63,859 nt of DNA, filler included, from Octopus bimaculoides (GCF_001194135.2; 4 parts of 4 records of this genome joined end to end with filler, not necessarily neighbours in it), one strand, 5' to 3'; counted from the first letter of the whole stretch, positions 50,022-63,522 are shown. Made by a program: numbers and translations. Notes: a model not told the origin generated them from the sequence alone.

Positions 50022-51439
50022 TATCCTAGGGAATGACAATTTCAAAGGAATCTATTTATTCCAGCGTCTTAGAATAATGTAATGAAAAACAAGTCTGACA
50101 GTGAAGGAAAAATATTTAATGCATCATTGTTAGTCATTCAAAATGCAAATTCAGTTTTGCGTATGGTTAATCCTGGATGCTACAACGAGTGAGAGTACAA
50201 ACACTGGTTGAAACTTACTTCATAGCATCATCAAAAAATGTAATCATTAATAAAATAATTATTGCTAAGATTAATATTGCTTCTTTCGTTTGTATAGTTT
50301 TGAAAATTATGAAACATGGTTTTGATTGTGACTCATATTTTAATAGAAACGATTTTGTCTTTAGGGCGAATCTATTGAAAATAATGCTTTTTATTGGAAA
50401 TGTTTTACAAAAAATGTAACAATATAACCACCACCCTATTGATGATAGAGGGAAACCCCTAAAATCCCATGAATCTTTCTTGATGTTTGAGAACCATAAA
50501 GCATTAACAATCCTCAATTTATTCTAAGAAATCTAAGAAGATTTACTATTGAAAGGATCTGTAACTCTCTCTTTACTCTTTTACTTGTTTCAGTCATTTG
50601 ACTGCGGCCATGCTGGAGCACCGCCTTTATAGTCGAGCAAATCGACCCCAGAGCTTATTCTTTTTAAGCCTAGCATTTATTCTATCGGTCTCTTTTGTCG
50701 AACCGCTAAGTTATGGGGACGCAAACACACACCAGCATCGGTTGCCAAGCGATCCTGGGGGGGGGGGAACAGACACAAATATATACGCACACATACATAT
50801 ATATATATATATATATACATATACGACGGGCTTCTTCTAGTTTCCGTCTACCAAGTCCACTCACAAAGCTTTGGTCGGTCCGAGGCAATAGTAGAAGACA
50901 CTTGCCCAAGGTGCCACGCAGTGGGACTGAACCCAGGACCATGTGGTTGGTAAGCAAGCTACTTACCACACAGCCACTCCTGCGGCTAAGCGAATTTTCA
51001 ACAAGAAATTCATGCACAAATGTGTGTATGTATGTATGCACATACATATATATAGAAAATATTCATATATATATGTATCTGGTTATGTAATTAGACAGTG
51101 CCATGCTGTAGAATCGAACCTAAGACACTTGGTCGTAAAAAGAACTTCTTATACACACCTTCACGTAGGTATCTGAAATTTAAATTAAATCTGAGTCATA
51201 GTTTTCACTATACATTTCATTCGCTCATTTTTTTATGAAGTTAAAATTCATTTCTTAGCGATGTTGCACAGATATGTTACTGTTTTTACTAACAGCATAT
51301 TCTAACTCGTCACAACTTAACTATGGAACTGCTCAACGAAGGCAATCTTCGATACATGATACAAGATTGAATTAGTGCTACCAGATAGATATTATTTTAG
51401 AGTCTTGTCCAGTTTGTCATGCGTTAGAACTCTCTTCGC

Positions 51440-51484
<45 letters not shown>

Positions 51485-52392
51485 GTACCGATGTATTTCT
51501 CCGCTTCTTGCCATGACAAATGTCACGCTACAATGTTGTGAGATAGGGAACCAATAATAGCTGAAACACCATTTATAATAACACTGGACGTGATGATGTC
51601 ATAACGTGTGTGACGACGGTTACTTTGGACTTCATGTAACAATAACCCAAATGACTAAGATGGAAAATATATATGGCACCGAACGCTGCGAAATTGTTAA
51701 TGCATTCGCAGAAAAGGAAGAATGTAATTAGGAGTATAGTTTGTGAAGCACATGGAAATGCTTGGATAGAAAACATGTACGATTGGATGTCTGTTATGAC
51801 AAAAGTCAAGACAGGAATGGAAATCTCAATACGTTTCAATCTTGATTTAGCTTTTAGATAAACGCAATATTTCGAAAAAATCCGCTATAATCCTCAAGAC
51901 GTGTTTGTATTCTGTTAGGTCACTTAAGAAGTGGAATCTTTTCATTTGGCAAGTAATTGAAGTAGGATAAAGATCTTCTCAACAGAATGAACAATTTTCC
52001 AATAATTGATAGCAATTGAATCAATATTTTCCAGGGGGTTAAAAGGGTAGAGTAGAGGATTTAGTAGCTCAAAGAATGTAATATGCAAAAATAGTTAAAA
52101 CGTTGTGTCAACTGAATAAAATATAGATTTAAATGTCTTCCTTCATGATGTTGAGATTGTGTTAATGCGTAATCATTAATAAAATAATTATTGCTAAGAT
52201 TAATATTGCTTCTTTCGTTTGTATAGTTTTGAAAATTATGAAACATGGTTTTGATTGTGACTCATATTTTAGTAGAAACGATTTTGTCTTTAGGGCGAAT
52301 CTATTGAAAATAATGCTTTTTATTGGAAATGTTTTACACTGTTTAGGCTACATACAAATATTCAAAAGCATAAACAGATGAATCCATGTATG

Positions 52393-52426
<34 letters not shown>

Positions 52427-52504
52427 TGTATGTATGTATGTGTATATATATGTACATATATATATATGTGTACACATACACACACACACACACACACATA
52501 TATA

Positions 52505-52960
52505 TAAAGGTATGAGAGGTATTCGTGTCATGAAGACCCAAAAGTGTCAGGTGATGCTGAGTCAGTGATATGGACAGACTATAGATAAGGTCCAGGTTCG
52601 ATAATGATACAAATTACGAATCCAACGTAGGTCATGTATTAGCAAGCACATATATAAAAAGTTACAGAATGAGATAACAAATCCAAGGCTATGAACAGTT
52701 TTCAGAACATTTATAACGAGATCTTACAGCTGTTTCCAGGATATTTTATATATCCCTTCATCAGAGACGGTGTGAGGAAATGTTTAAGTAATAGTTATTT
52801 TAGAGAAGATATGAAATACAGAGTCAAGTGGAGGAATGAAAACAGACGTGAGATACGTAAGGATACTGTATCTGCAGTTCCATTATTTATGCAGAATGGT
52901 GTATATGTAAGTTTCCTGTACCTTGTGATGAGTTCCATTAGTGTTTTTTACTTGGTCATT
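52505..52960 (-). mobile_element. Hammerhead-bearing non-coding repeat, copy A (probable Penelope-like pLTR derivative)
   Basis: Aligns along its length with 54265-54690 (same orientation) and with 53190-53452, 54720-54835 and 39860-39985 (opposite orientation). Confidence 0.8.
52721..52770 (-). ncRNA. Minimal type I hammerhead ribozyme motif with canonical core
   Basis: - strand CCGTCT-CTGATGA-a GGGATAT ataaa ATATCCT g-GAAAC-AGCT-GTA-AGAT: intact CUGAUGA/GAAA/GUA core, 7-bp stem II, palindromic AGCU loop III. Confidence 0.72.
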
Positions 52961-53189
52961 CCAAACATAAAGTCATGTAAACGGTGTTATTCGATCGAGG
53001 GTTTTTAAAAAAAATTTTTGAAGTGACTTAAAAGTTGGGAATATGTTTGTAAGGTTAAATCAAAAACAGGAAGAGAATGAGAAAGAAAGAAAAAAGGGAG
53101 AGGGGAAATAAACAAGTGAAGAAAGAGATGTGTTAGCTAGTGGTCAGAAATAACATCGTTTACAAGACTATGCTTGGAATGACCAATTA

Positions 53190-53452
53190 CAAACACCACT
53201 GGAACTAACACACAAGGTACAGGAAATTCATATATGCACCACTTTGCTTAATGGAACTGCAAGTGCAATATCCTTCCGTATCTCACGTCTGCTTTAATTC
53301 CCCCCCCCCCAACCGCACTCTGTATTTCATATCTTCTCTATAATGACAACTACTGAAGCATTTTCTCGCACCGTCTCTGACGAAGGGATATATAGAATAT
53401 ATACAGCTGTAAGACCTCTTTATAAATGTTCTGAATACTATTCACAACCTTG
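53190..53452 (+). mobile_element. Hammerhead-bearing repeat, copy B (inverted relative to A; ribozyme disrupted)
   Basis: ccgtct-CTGACGA-agggatatatagaatatat-acagctgtaagac at 53371-53416 lacks the GAAA segment. Confidence 0.8.
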
Positions 53453-53653
53453 GNNNNNNNNNNNNNNNNNNNNNNNNNNNNNNNNNNNNNNNNNNNNNNN
53501 NNNNNNNNNNNNNNNNNNNNNNNNNNNNNNNNNNNNNNNNNNNNNNNNNNNNNNNNNNNNNNNNNNNNNNNNNNNNNNNNNNNNNNNNNNNNNNNNNNNN
53601 NNNNNNNNNNNNNNNNNNNNNNNNNNATATATATATATATATACAAATATTCA

Positions 53654-54171
53654 TTAAAATACAGAGATGTCTATAATAGGACATCTAACCCGCTAGAAAG
53701 AGCAGCAAAAAACTCTATACCACAAAAATAGGGATAATTTCGAAAGAGAATGAAAAATAAAACCTTTTACCAGTCTATACTCTGTAACATGGTTTCAAGT
53801 TATTTGGCAAGATAAAAATATATCTTACTTGGTCAACTTTCTTCAGCAGAGTACCACGAACAACCGAGTAAACACGAGTCATAGGGAAATCCGTCCGACG
53901 TTTACACACTTAATTTCTCAAACTATACGGCGCATGTGCGCTTTAACTTATCGGCAGTAAATATAAAATAAATGCCGATTTTCCTTCAGAAATTAGCCAA
54001 AAAATATATTATCATTAATAAATCATAGGGTAGCAAAAAACGTTTAGAAATTTAATTTACTACCAGTGGTCCATCGACAATAAAAATTAGTCAGTAGACT
54101 ATATATATATTATTCTTTCTAGCGGGTTAGATGTCCTATTATTGGAATCTCTGTATTTTAACTTAAGTACC
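53654..54171. mobile_element. MITE, 518 bp, with TIRs of about 48 bp
   Basis: ttaaaatacagagat..aataggacatctaacccgctagaaaga on the left mirrors tctttctagcgggttagatgtcctatt..atctctgtattttaa on the right. Confidence 0.85.
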
Positions 54172-54184
54172 ATATTCACCTGAA

Positions 54185-54264
<80 letters not shown>

Positions 54265-54266
<2 letters not shown>

Positions 54267-54690
54267 TTATGAGAGGTAATGGTGTCACGAAATGTGTCAT
54301 GTATTGCTGAGTAAATGCTATGAATAGATTATAGTTAAGCTCCAGGTTCGGTGATTATGCGAATGTGTAGACCTACGTCGGTCATATATTAGCATGCGTA
54401 TATATAAAAATTTAACAGAATGAGATAAAAATATCCAAGGTTGTGAAAGATTTCAGAACATTTATAAAGAGAAGGTCCTACAGCTGTTTCCGGGATAATT
54501 TATATATCCCTTCATCGGAGACGGTGTGACTAAATGGTTAAGCAATAGTTATTCTAGAGAAGATCTGAAATACAGAGTGAAGTGGAGGAATGAAAACAGA
54601 CGTGAGCTATGCAGGGATATTGTATCTGCAGATCCATTGTTTAAGGAGAACTATATACATATACGTGTCCTGTACCTTATGTGTAAGTTC
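54265..54690 (-). mobile_element. Hammerhead-bearing repeat, copy C
   Basis: Colinear with copy A. Confidence 0.8.
54475..54524 (-). ncRNA. Minimal type I hammerhead ribozyme motif (U4C core variant)
   Basis: - strand CCGTCT-CCGATGA-a GGGATA tataaat TATCCC g-GAAAC-AGCT-GTA-GGAC. Confidence 0.6.
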
Positions 54691-54719
54691 CACAAGGACC
54701 AATTTTAATTACTAAATAC

Positions 54720-54835
54720 TCAGACCGTCTCCGGTGAAGGGATATATAAAATATTCTGGAAACAGCTGTAATACCGCCTCTTTATAAAAGTTCTGAAATC
54801 TTTCAAACCCTTGGATTTTTATCTCATTTGTGTTA
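54720..54835 (+). mobile_element. Hammerhead-bearing repeat, copy D (inverted relative to C; core degenerate)
   Basis: ccgtct-CCGGTGA-agggatatataaaatattctg-GAAAC-AGCT-GTA-atac at 54725-54775. Confidence 0.75.
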
Positions 54836-54839
54836 ATTA

Positions 54840-54910
<71 letters not shown>

Positions 54911-54980
54911 ATGTAATCAATAACTTAATAATCGTGAGTCCGATATACATATATACATATGTATATATTCATATATATAC

Positions 54981-55040
<60 letters not shown>

Positions 55041-55189
55041 GTACATGTACATATATATCTATATATATATAGGACTCAGTATGGTGCAAGATATGACCCC
55101 GGTTCCAAAAGGATGGCTCCCTCACATATAGTCCAACCAGGATCAGTGAAGTACTGAAATGACCAGTTCAAAAGTGTCTTTACCACCCC

Positions 55190-55618
55190 GTTGGAACACA
55201 GACAAGTGAACGAGCCAGTGGATATCTTTGCCGCCTCACCTATAACCAGCAAGGCAGTTATGATGGAATACATCGACATTAGCAAAGACGTTATACTACT
55301 AGCCATAGATGAAGCGGACGCAAACTAAACTGCTGATCCTGAAATCGTGTAAGCGTGCCCTGGCGAAACCATTACAGATTCTCTTCCAGAACTTTCTTGT
55401 AAATGGCAGGTTGTCATGCAAACTGAAGGAGGGAATAATATGCCCAATCCATAAAGGGGAAGCAGAGCAGATGCCAAAAACTGTAGGCCCACCTTTCTGA
55501 CTTCACACATCAGCAAAGTCATGGATCGGATAGTCAGAGGGAAACCAATCGCATTCTTTGAAGATAATAACTTGCTGAGTGATACCCGGCATGGCTTTCG
55601 ACCAGGTAGAAGCTGTAA
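55190..55618 (+). mobile_element. CR1-like LINE fragment (start of RT)
   Basis: LILKSCKRALAKPLQILFQ..IICPIHKG, then after a frameshift LTSHISKVMDRIV..NNLLSDTRHGFRPGRSC. Confidence 0.85.
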
Positions 55619-57984
55619 CAAGTAATATATTGTTAAATCTCTTCACGAAAAATAAGTATATTTTAGTCTTGAGTTACGAAATGATTTATGTGAGGACTAC
55701 GTTTAGGAATGTTCAAATGTAAACTACTTATTAGGACGCAGATTTCATGTGATTAGAAATTTATCGTTTAAAATTTACCAAATGTTGAAATGCTGCTAAA
55801 ACATCAAATTTATTTTTAAAATATATCTATTATTATATTTAAGTTTTAATGTAGATTTAAATTTATGTATAGTTATAAAAGTTTATTTCAGGGAGATGGT
55901 AGAAAAGTGGACGTAACTTATCATGCGGGACGTAATATACAAAAAGTATATCGGGAAATGTAAATAAAGATTGACTGAATAACATTGGTGTTATTTAGGA
56001 TTAAATTATGATATAATTTCCGGTGTTTTAAGAAAAATATATTGTATTCAAAATATAAGGCAAATAACAAAAAAGCTATATTTTACTCACGAAATACTAG
56101 AGAAAAAATTTTAAAGCTGGTGTTACAGGAAGATGGATACAAATATAACACATAATACGATAATATTTTCTAGAAGTCGTACACTGAAAAATATAACATT
56201 GGTGTCCTGTAGGAATAAATTGGTTAGGATATAATTTCGGTGTTCTAAGAAAAAAACATTTGGTATTTAAAAATATTAGTTATAGATAAAAAAAAAAGAA
56301 GACTATATTGTACTCATGAAATGCTAGAGAAATTAAAAAGCGATGTGACATGATAAATTTCCTAGGTCAAAATTTGAACAACTAGTGATCTCACTTTTAT
56401 GTGTATATATATATATATATAACATAAATAATATATAATTATATGCATATATCCATACATATATGTACATAGCTACATCTATATTAATACATACATGCAT
56501 ATATGGGTACAGGACATCAAAAAGACTTTAAACACAATGAGAAACGAAAACATAGAAAACGAACTTTTTTCGAACAACGAAAAAAACAAACAGAGAAACG
56601 AGACATCGAACATAAAGAGTATACCCCATCGTCAGTTGTTCCTGTTTCATCTACCCCGCATTTCGAATGTGAAACAACAAAAACTATTTTATATTTTAAA
56701 AATGAACAATGACGTGATTAACCATATATATCATTCCGCTCACAAAGGTTTTGGTCAGTTAGAAGCTATACTAGAAACTAGAAGCTATAGTAGAAAACAC
56801 AAGTCCAAGCTGACATAGAGTGGGACTGAACCTGGAACCAAATGGTTGGGCAGTGCCTTGAAACATATGTACATATATACATACAGACACACAGACATAT
56901 ATATACACAAACAGGCGTTAGAAGAAACAAAAGATAAGTATTATTACAAAACAGACAAAGGCTGCGAGCTGACAGAATCGTTAGCGCGCCGGGCGAAATG
57001 CTTAGCGGCATTTTGTCTGCTGCTACGTTCTGAGTTCAAATTCTGCCGAGGTCGACTTTGCCTTTCGTCCTTTCGGAGTCGATAAATTAAGTACCAGTTG
57101 TGTACTGAGGTCGATCTAATTGACTGGATCCCATCCCCTCAAAATTTCAGGCCTAGGTTTTGGTGATCTTGCACCAGTAACCAATACTTCTAGCAGATCC
57201 CTAGTACCTTTGACAGAAACACCCCCAGTAGGCTCCTAGCTGGTGGTCCCATGTCTGGCAAGCAAATAATCTCCTAGAAAAATGTTTCATCAAAATGTTT
57301 CATTCATGGGCTCCATCCCTCTCTCATCTCTTGGGTTGGTCCCATTGCAGCATATATTGACGAACCTCTTCCTGCCCAGCTGTAAAAAAAAAAAACAGGT
57401 GTCCGCTAGGGTTCACTTTGTCCCTCACTGTCATCTAGCCATGTCATTTCTTATGCAGATGGCACGCCCCGTCATTCCACTCTAACCCTGTTTCACCATG
57501 TGCGAACCGCATACAGCCTAGTCATTACAGTCCAAAGATGCATAGATTCCATAAACATAGACCTTCCGTTTAAATGATGTTTCTGTTTATGGAATGGTAC
57601 AGCTTAGAGCACCCTCCACTGGGTCCATGACAATCTTTTCACTTTTAACAGCAAAATAAAAGCCAAACCTCAGGTACTGTTCATATCAAGAAAGCTTCCC
57701 CGCACCCCACCTTTTCTAAACATGAATATTGAAACACGCTCAAGCATATCAAGGCGGCGAGTTGGCAAAGTCATTACTACGCCGGGTAAAATGCTGAAAC
57801 GCATTCCGTTCGTCTCTACGTTCTTAGTTGAAATTCCGCTGGGGTCTATGAAATAAGAACAAGCTGAGCACGGGGGTCGATCCGGAAATTTCTGGCCTTG
57901 TGTCACAATTTGAAATCAATTTTATCAAGCGTAGCTATGAGCGAATACCTGAGATTAGGGCATCTCTTTGGCGTCAAAATATAT

Positions 57985-58200
57985 TTAACTCCCCAACAAC
58001 TGCTGACATTCTACAAGGCTCCGTCGATGCCCACATAAGAGTACTGCTTCTACATCTCGGATATTTTTGTCGCTATGTACACTGAAATTCTGGGTCGCAC
58101 CAGGACAAAGGCGATTCGGCTGATCGGAGCTCCATCACAGAGGTATTCACTGCAGCCTTCTTGTCCACTGATTGTCAACCATTCTTTTCCTATGTACGCT
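57985..58200 (+). mobile_element. CR1/Jockey-type LINE fragment (post-RT region)
   Basis: QLLTFYKA..EYC..RTRTKAIRLIG..SLQP resembles the LLTLYKA.IRP.MEYC..DRIQ.KAIRLI segment. Confidence 0.6.
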
Positions 58201-58959
58201 TTTCGTCCTTATTTTACTTGGATGACTGCCCATAACTATTTGATGTTTAAGAATACCATTATATTTTTGTCATTAAATATTGTAAGGAATTGTATAAAAA
58301 TTGTTAACATATTTTGTGTATTTTAATATTACAAGCAGTTTATTGAACATAAAATTGAAGAAGAAAATCTTATATAGGCCTCCAAGGGTCATAGTGACCG
58401 CGATTAAAAATCATATCACTAGACCATAGCCTTGCTATGTCTTCTCTTTAGATTTTCGATCTCAATCACAATGTTTCCGGTCCTTCTTTGCAGGCTGATC
58501 TCGTATTCCCACAACGACGAATCACCGAACGATACGTTTCTTCAAATCTCATCACTCAATTTGCGTTGAACATATTTCATGCACTAACCTCCATGCCCAA
58601 TCCTTCTTCCGCAATTCGTCCTTCCTGGTGACATAGTTCATACGGATGTTGAGCTGCAAAATTCTAAGCGCACCAGTTGCGCCATTCTCGAAGGAGGGAC
58701 TGCAAGATTCATGGGCACTGCCATTCCTACAGACTTAACAGGTAAAAAAGAAAACACGTTAGGGAGTTACTAAATGATTTGAAATCTTCATTTCTATGAG
58801 GAAGTTTTAATATTCATGATTGATGAAAATTCCAACTTTCGACAGTATATTTATGAAAGATGGCGGTAATTCAAGGAAAACAAATGTTTACGATCATTGC
58901 AATTCTGATGCGACAATAGCAATAACAACAGCAACAACAACAATAATAATGATGATAAC

Positions 58960-58999
<40 letters not shown>

Positions 59000-59654
59000 T
59001 AATTTTCTACGTAATGTTTTAGAATCACACCCGAAGCAGTTTTCTTACGATAAAACACAAGAAAAGAAAATTAAAACAAATAATACACGGTTAGCGCATA
59101 TCTCTATTTCATTCCTTTTTTTTTTCTTATCTAATATCGATTCATTTAGATGTTATTATATTTATATCGATTCCTTGTGGGAATCAGTAAAACCTGTGAT
59201 TTTAATTAAGTTAGGCGCCTTACACAATGAAACGTAAAAAAGAAATGTAAACGATGACAACGCATAAAAAACATTGAAAAACAACAACAAAACCTGTCCG
59301 ATTACAATAAAAGACATATCCAATGTAATTAGTGTAAAAAACAACAACAAAAACAAACTAGTTGTCATCTTCAGCGAGCTCTATCTACATTGATCTGTTG
59401 TCGTTTGATTCTATCTGTATTTTTACTTCATATATTCATATGTCTTCCATTCAACATTACTTTCATCAACAATTTTGATTTTTCTTTATCAGTTAATGTT
59501 CTTTTTTTTATTTCTTTCTTAATACATTTCTTGTATTTCCATGTAAACCTCCACGAATGTGTATACAGTATTCATATAAGAACAACAAATAGATGTAATA
59601 TAATAACATGCAAATGAACGAAACACATTACGATCTTAATATAACGGTACTTAC

Positions 59655-59686
<32 letters not shown>

Positions 59687-59899
59687 GAATACATATATGT
59701 TTATTTTTATGTCAAGTTATAATAAAAACAATTTAACATTAAACTGAAGAATAACGCAATACTTTTTAGTAGAAAACAAGTTCATTAAACTTTTTACATG
59801 AAGAGGGGTGATAGTGAAGTTGAAGTTTCAACCTGTTAGCCTTCGTTGAAATGAAATACGGGATCCTTCTGGCTTTATATAGTCTTTGGCAAGTTCTTT

Positions 59900-60500
59900 T
59901 TTTTATCTGTTGTAGGTGGAGCTATATGAAATAATAATTAGGCTTGGTGTATGTACGTTTTGGAATTAGAGGAACAGGGAAAGAATTTGAATATAATAAC
60001 AGACAAATATGTTGTAGAGTGTGGATTCATGGGAAGATACTGCTGGAATATTGTATTAGGTGAAAATGGAGAGTTCGGTTGTTATTTAGAATTTCGTTAA
60101 GCGTTTGGTTTTCAAACGTGTGTGTTGTATTTTTTTTAGGACTGGTTTCTTGTTGAACCTATACAAATTTATGGATTTGGTGTTTTATTCGTGGTTACAG
60201 TTGCGTTATTGATATTATTTCTGATGCAGTTTCAGTTTAGATGGCAGAGTGAATATTTTTTGAAGTTACAACCAGTGTTATGCGTTTGACTTTGTTAAAA
60301 ACGTTTTTTACTGTCAAGTGGATATAATTGACTACGAGTTTTGGACGTTATTGGTTCTAGAACACAATATTTTTATGTTGCGTTTGTTTATCAGTCTGTG
60401 GTACTTATGGTTGGACTAAAGTGGCTTTGAAGTATTTCGAAAAATAATCTGGCTATTAATGTGGTGATTTATATGTTGAAGGAGCTGTCTATATCGTTTC
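59900..60500 (-). mobile_element. Second Penelope-like remnant (pre-EN linker and GIY-YIG pieces)
   Basis: Manual - strand translation gives KYHRLINKRNIKILCSRTNN, PLDSK, IGSTRN and TTELS, in the same order as the motifs of the 2870-4270 element type. Confidence 0.6.
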
Positions 60501-62607
60501 AAGTGAATGAAACCAATATTTATATTATTATGAAAGCAACATAGAGTTAACAACACGGTTGGTTTCCATTGTCTAATGAAATGATTTTAATTTACATTTT
60601 TTATGAATGATTTCACGTGTGTATAAATATCTTGATTCGCATTTAATATTTTCATTTGTTGGTATATAATACTTTTTTTTTCTTGTTATTGGTGGTGCTG
60701 TTCTGCCAGAAAACAGCACTGACTTTTCTAACGTATAACCAAAAGCAGCTTTTCCTTTTGAATTAATGTATCAACATAAATTAATGTATCTACATAAATT
60801 AATGTATCTACAGTTACATTTCCCAATTTCGAATATCGATGACAACAGAGTGATTAGGAATGACACGATATCTGAGTTAACCTAATCTGTTTTTCAATCA
60901 TACATGCTCTTTAAATTAATTTTACTTTTGACTTGATACAAGAAATACGAATCATTAGCCGAATTACGTATCTCTTCACACGAAATGTATTTTGCCTGGT
61001 TGAATAGATACATCATATTCATAGCATTTATTATGATTGCATTCAGTTTTATACTTACAAAATGTAACCCGACGAACGACCATTACCTGCATATAAGTTC
61101 AGCCTGCTGTTAATTCGTTTCATATATCTTGGTTAATACAAAATTATGATCGCAAAAGTGCACCAGATCTTCAAATATTGGTTTCAGATTGTGACACAAG
61201 GCCACAAATCCCAGAAGAGGGGTAAGTTGATTACATCAGCCCCAGAACTCAACCGGTACTTAATTTATCAACCCCGAAATGATAAAAGGCAAAGCCGATC
61301 TCGGCAGAATTTGAACTCAGAACGTGAATACGGAAGAAATACCTATTTTTTACTGCCCCCAAGGGGCTACACACAGAGGGGACAAACGAGGACAGACTAA
61401 CGGATTAAGTCGATTATATCGACCCCAGTGCGTAACTGGTACTTATTTAATCGACCCCGAAAGGATGAAAGGCAAAGTCGACCTCGGCGGAATTTGAACT
61501 CAGAACGTAGCGGCAGACGAAATACCGCTACGAATTTTGCCCGGTAAGCTGTCAAGTCCCCGCCTGAGATTTTCAAATATTATAAGCTAAATTCTAAAAC
61601 ATTTTATATTTATATATGTATTCAAACTATCGTTAATTTATCTTTGTGATAACAAGGCAATATGCCTGTTACATACTCATTACTGTTGCCAAAGCTTTTG
61701 GATTTTAGCTTGAGCTCATTTATTTAAAACATTAAAGATACTGAGAAAAATAAGAATATATAACAAACTATTTTTTTAAACAATTTGGATTCATTTAGGC
61801 AAATCCAGATATGTTATAAAATAATAGGTTCTAATATGAGGCGCTGATATGAATTATCTTCTATTTCGAATCTAATTCTCTTCATTTATGGTGCTTGAGT
61901 TTTGGTAATTTCAAATATATTATCTCTTTTTCCTCAAAAATGACAGTATTTTGTCCAAAGAAATTATAAAAAATATCACGTTTTCTGAAGAAAATCCATA
62001 ATAAAAACTCATGCATATAATATTCACTTCTAAAAGGATTATCTTCTTTATCGTTGTCACTGAGTGACCAGAGTAAAATAATCAAATCAAATAATAAAAA
62101 CTACATTATCCTCATTGCGATTAATTTCATCCCATTACATGAATCTGTAGTAACACGGTTTACTGGAACAATTGTGTGGTAGGATATATTGCAATGTTCA
62201 TTCTCCATATGTTATTTTCTTGTTACCTCAGTGACAGTGGTTCCACTTTAAGTATAACTGAAGGACATTTTCTCATCTACCGACTTACTGGATGCATGGA
62301 GCCGTCTTAGTGATATGAAATTAGTCCACGTTCCGTGAATCGTTACATGCATTCTTTTCTTCTTTTTCCTGTTTCAGTCAGTTGACTGTGGGCATGATGG
62401 AGCATCGCCTTTAGTCGAATGAATCGAATGAATCGACACCACGTCTTATTCTTTGTAAGCAATAATACTTATTCTATCAGTCTCTTTTGCCGAATCGCTA
62501 AATTAAGGGGACGTAAACAAATCAACATGGGATTTCAAGCAATGGTTGGGGGACAAACACACACAGAGATATATTCATATATCATACATATATAATACGT
62601 ATACATG

Positions 62608-62641
<34 letters not shown>

Positions 62642-62854
62642 TANNNNNNNNNNNNNNNNNNNNNNNNNNNNNNNNNNNNNNNNNNNNTTAATTAATTAAN
62701 NNNNNNNNNNNNNNNNNNNNNNNNNNNNNNNNNNNNNNNNNNNTCATCATCATCATCATCATTTAACATATCTATTCCCACTTAAACACGAATGTTCTAT
62801 TAGAACAAACTATACTGGGGTAGATATCATGAGAGAAATACTCATATTAATTAT

Positions 62855-63465
62855 TTACATTGTTCTGAATTAACCATGCATTATCTTGTAGCTTTGCTAT
62901 TTTAATGATGTGATAGAATTACTTTGAGATTGCAATAATGTGGTTGTTCATTTTTAGAATGACATTGTAAGACAGGTATGAGGATCTGGCCAGTTTGAAC
63001 ACAAAACAGGTAGAATATTTGAACTGGATATGTCCGATTCAACCCATTAGGATTCAGGTTTCTCTATCAAATGTAATGCTCATTTATTCACATTGTCTTG
63101 AATTAACCAAATGTTTTATCTCATAGCTTTGAAATTTTAATGACGTGACTGTGTACCTTAGAATAACATTATAGGGTAGGTGCGAGAGGCAAGATGTGGC
63201 CAGTTTGAGCATAAAACAGGTAGAGTATTTGAACCAGATTTGGCTGATTCAACCCTTTACTGTTTGGATTACTCTGTCAAGTTCAATGCCAATTCAGATT
63301 GTTTTGAGTTAATCCATGCATTATTTTTGTGGCTTTGGTATTTCAATGATATCATTGTTTACTTTAGAATGACATTGTAGAGTAGGTGTGAGAGGCAGGA
63401 TCTGGCATAAAACAAGAAAAATATATTGGCCAGATATGGTCAGTTTAAATGCAAAAGGGCTAATC
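62855..63465. repeat. Degenerate tandem units of about 210 bp; related piece at 37700-37790
   Basis: gaattaaccatgcattatcttgtagc..ttagaatgacattgtag..tggccagtttga..aaaacaggtaga repeats about 3 times. Ends aaagggctaa, resembling a TTAA-type (piggyBac-like) end. Confidence 0.7.
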
Positions 63466-63522
63466 TATAGACCCTTTTATTTGCAAATGACGTGTTCATT
63501 TCAAAATGAAAGAAAAACTTAC

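Noticed and set aside
58560-58730. - strand LRILQLNIR, like the start of a LINE AP endonuclease
   Set aside because: No further endonuclease motifs follow before the stop.
62227-62257. 31-nt - strand micro-exon candidate downstream of the Ig exon
   Set aside because: Not a multiple of three, no recognisable homology, and such short AG..GT intervals are common by chance.
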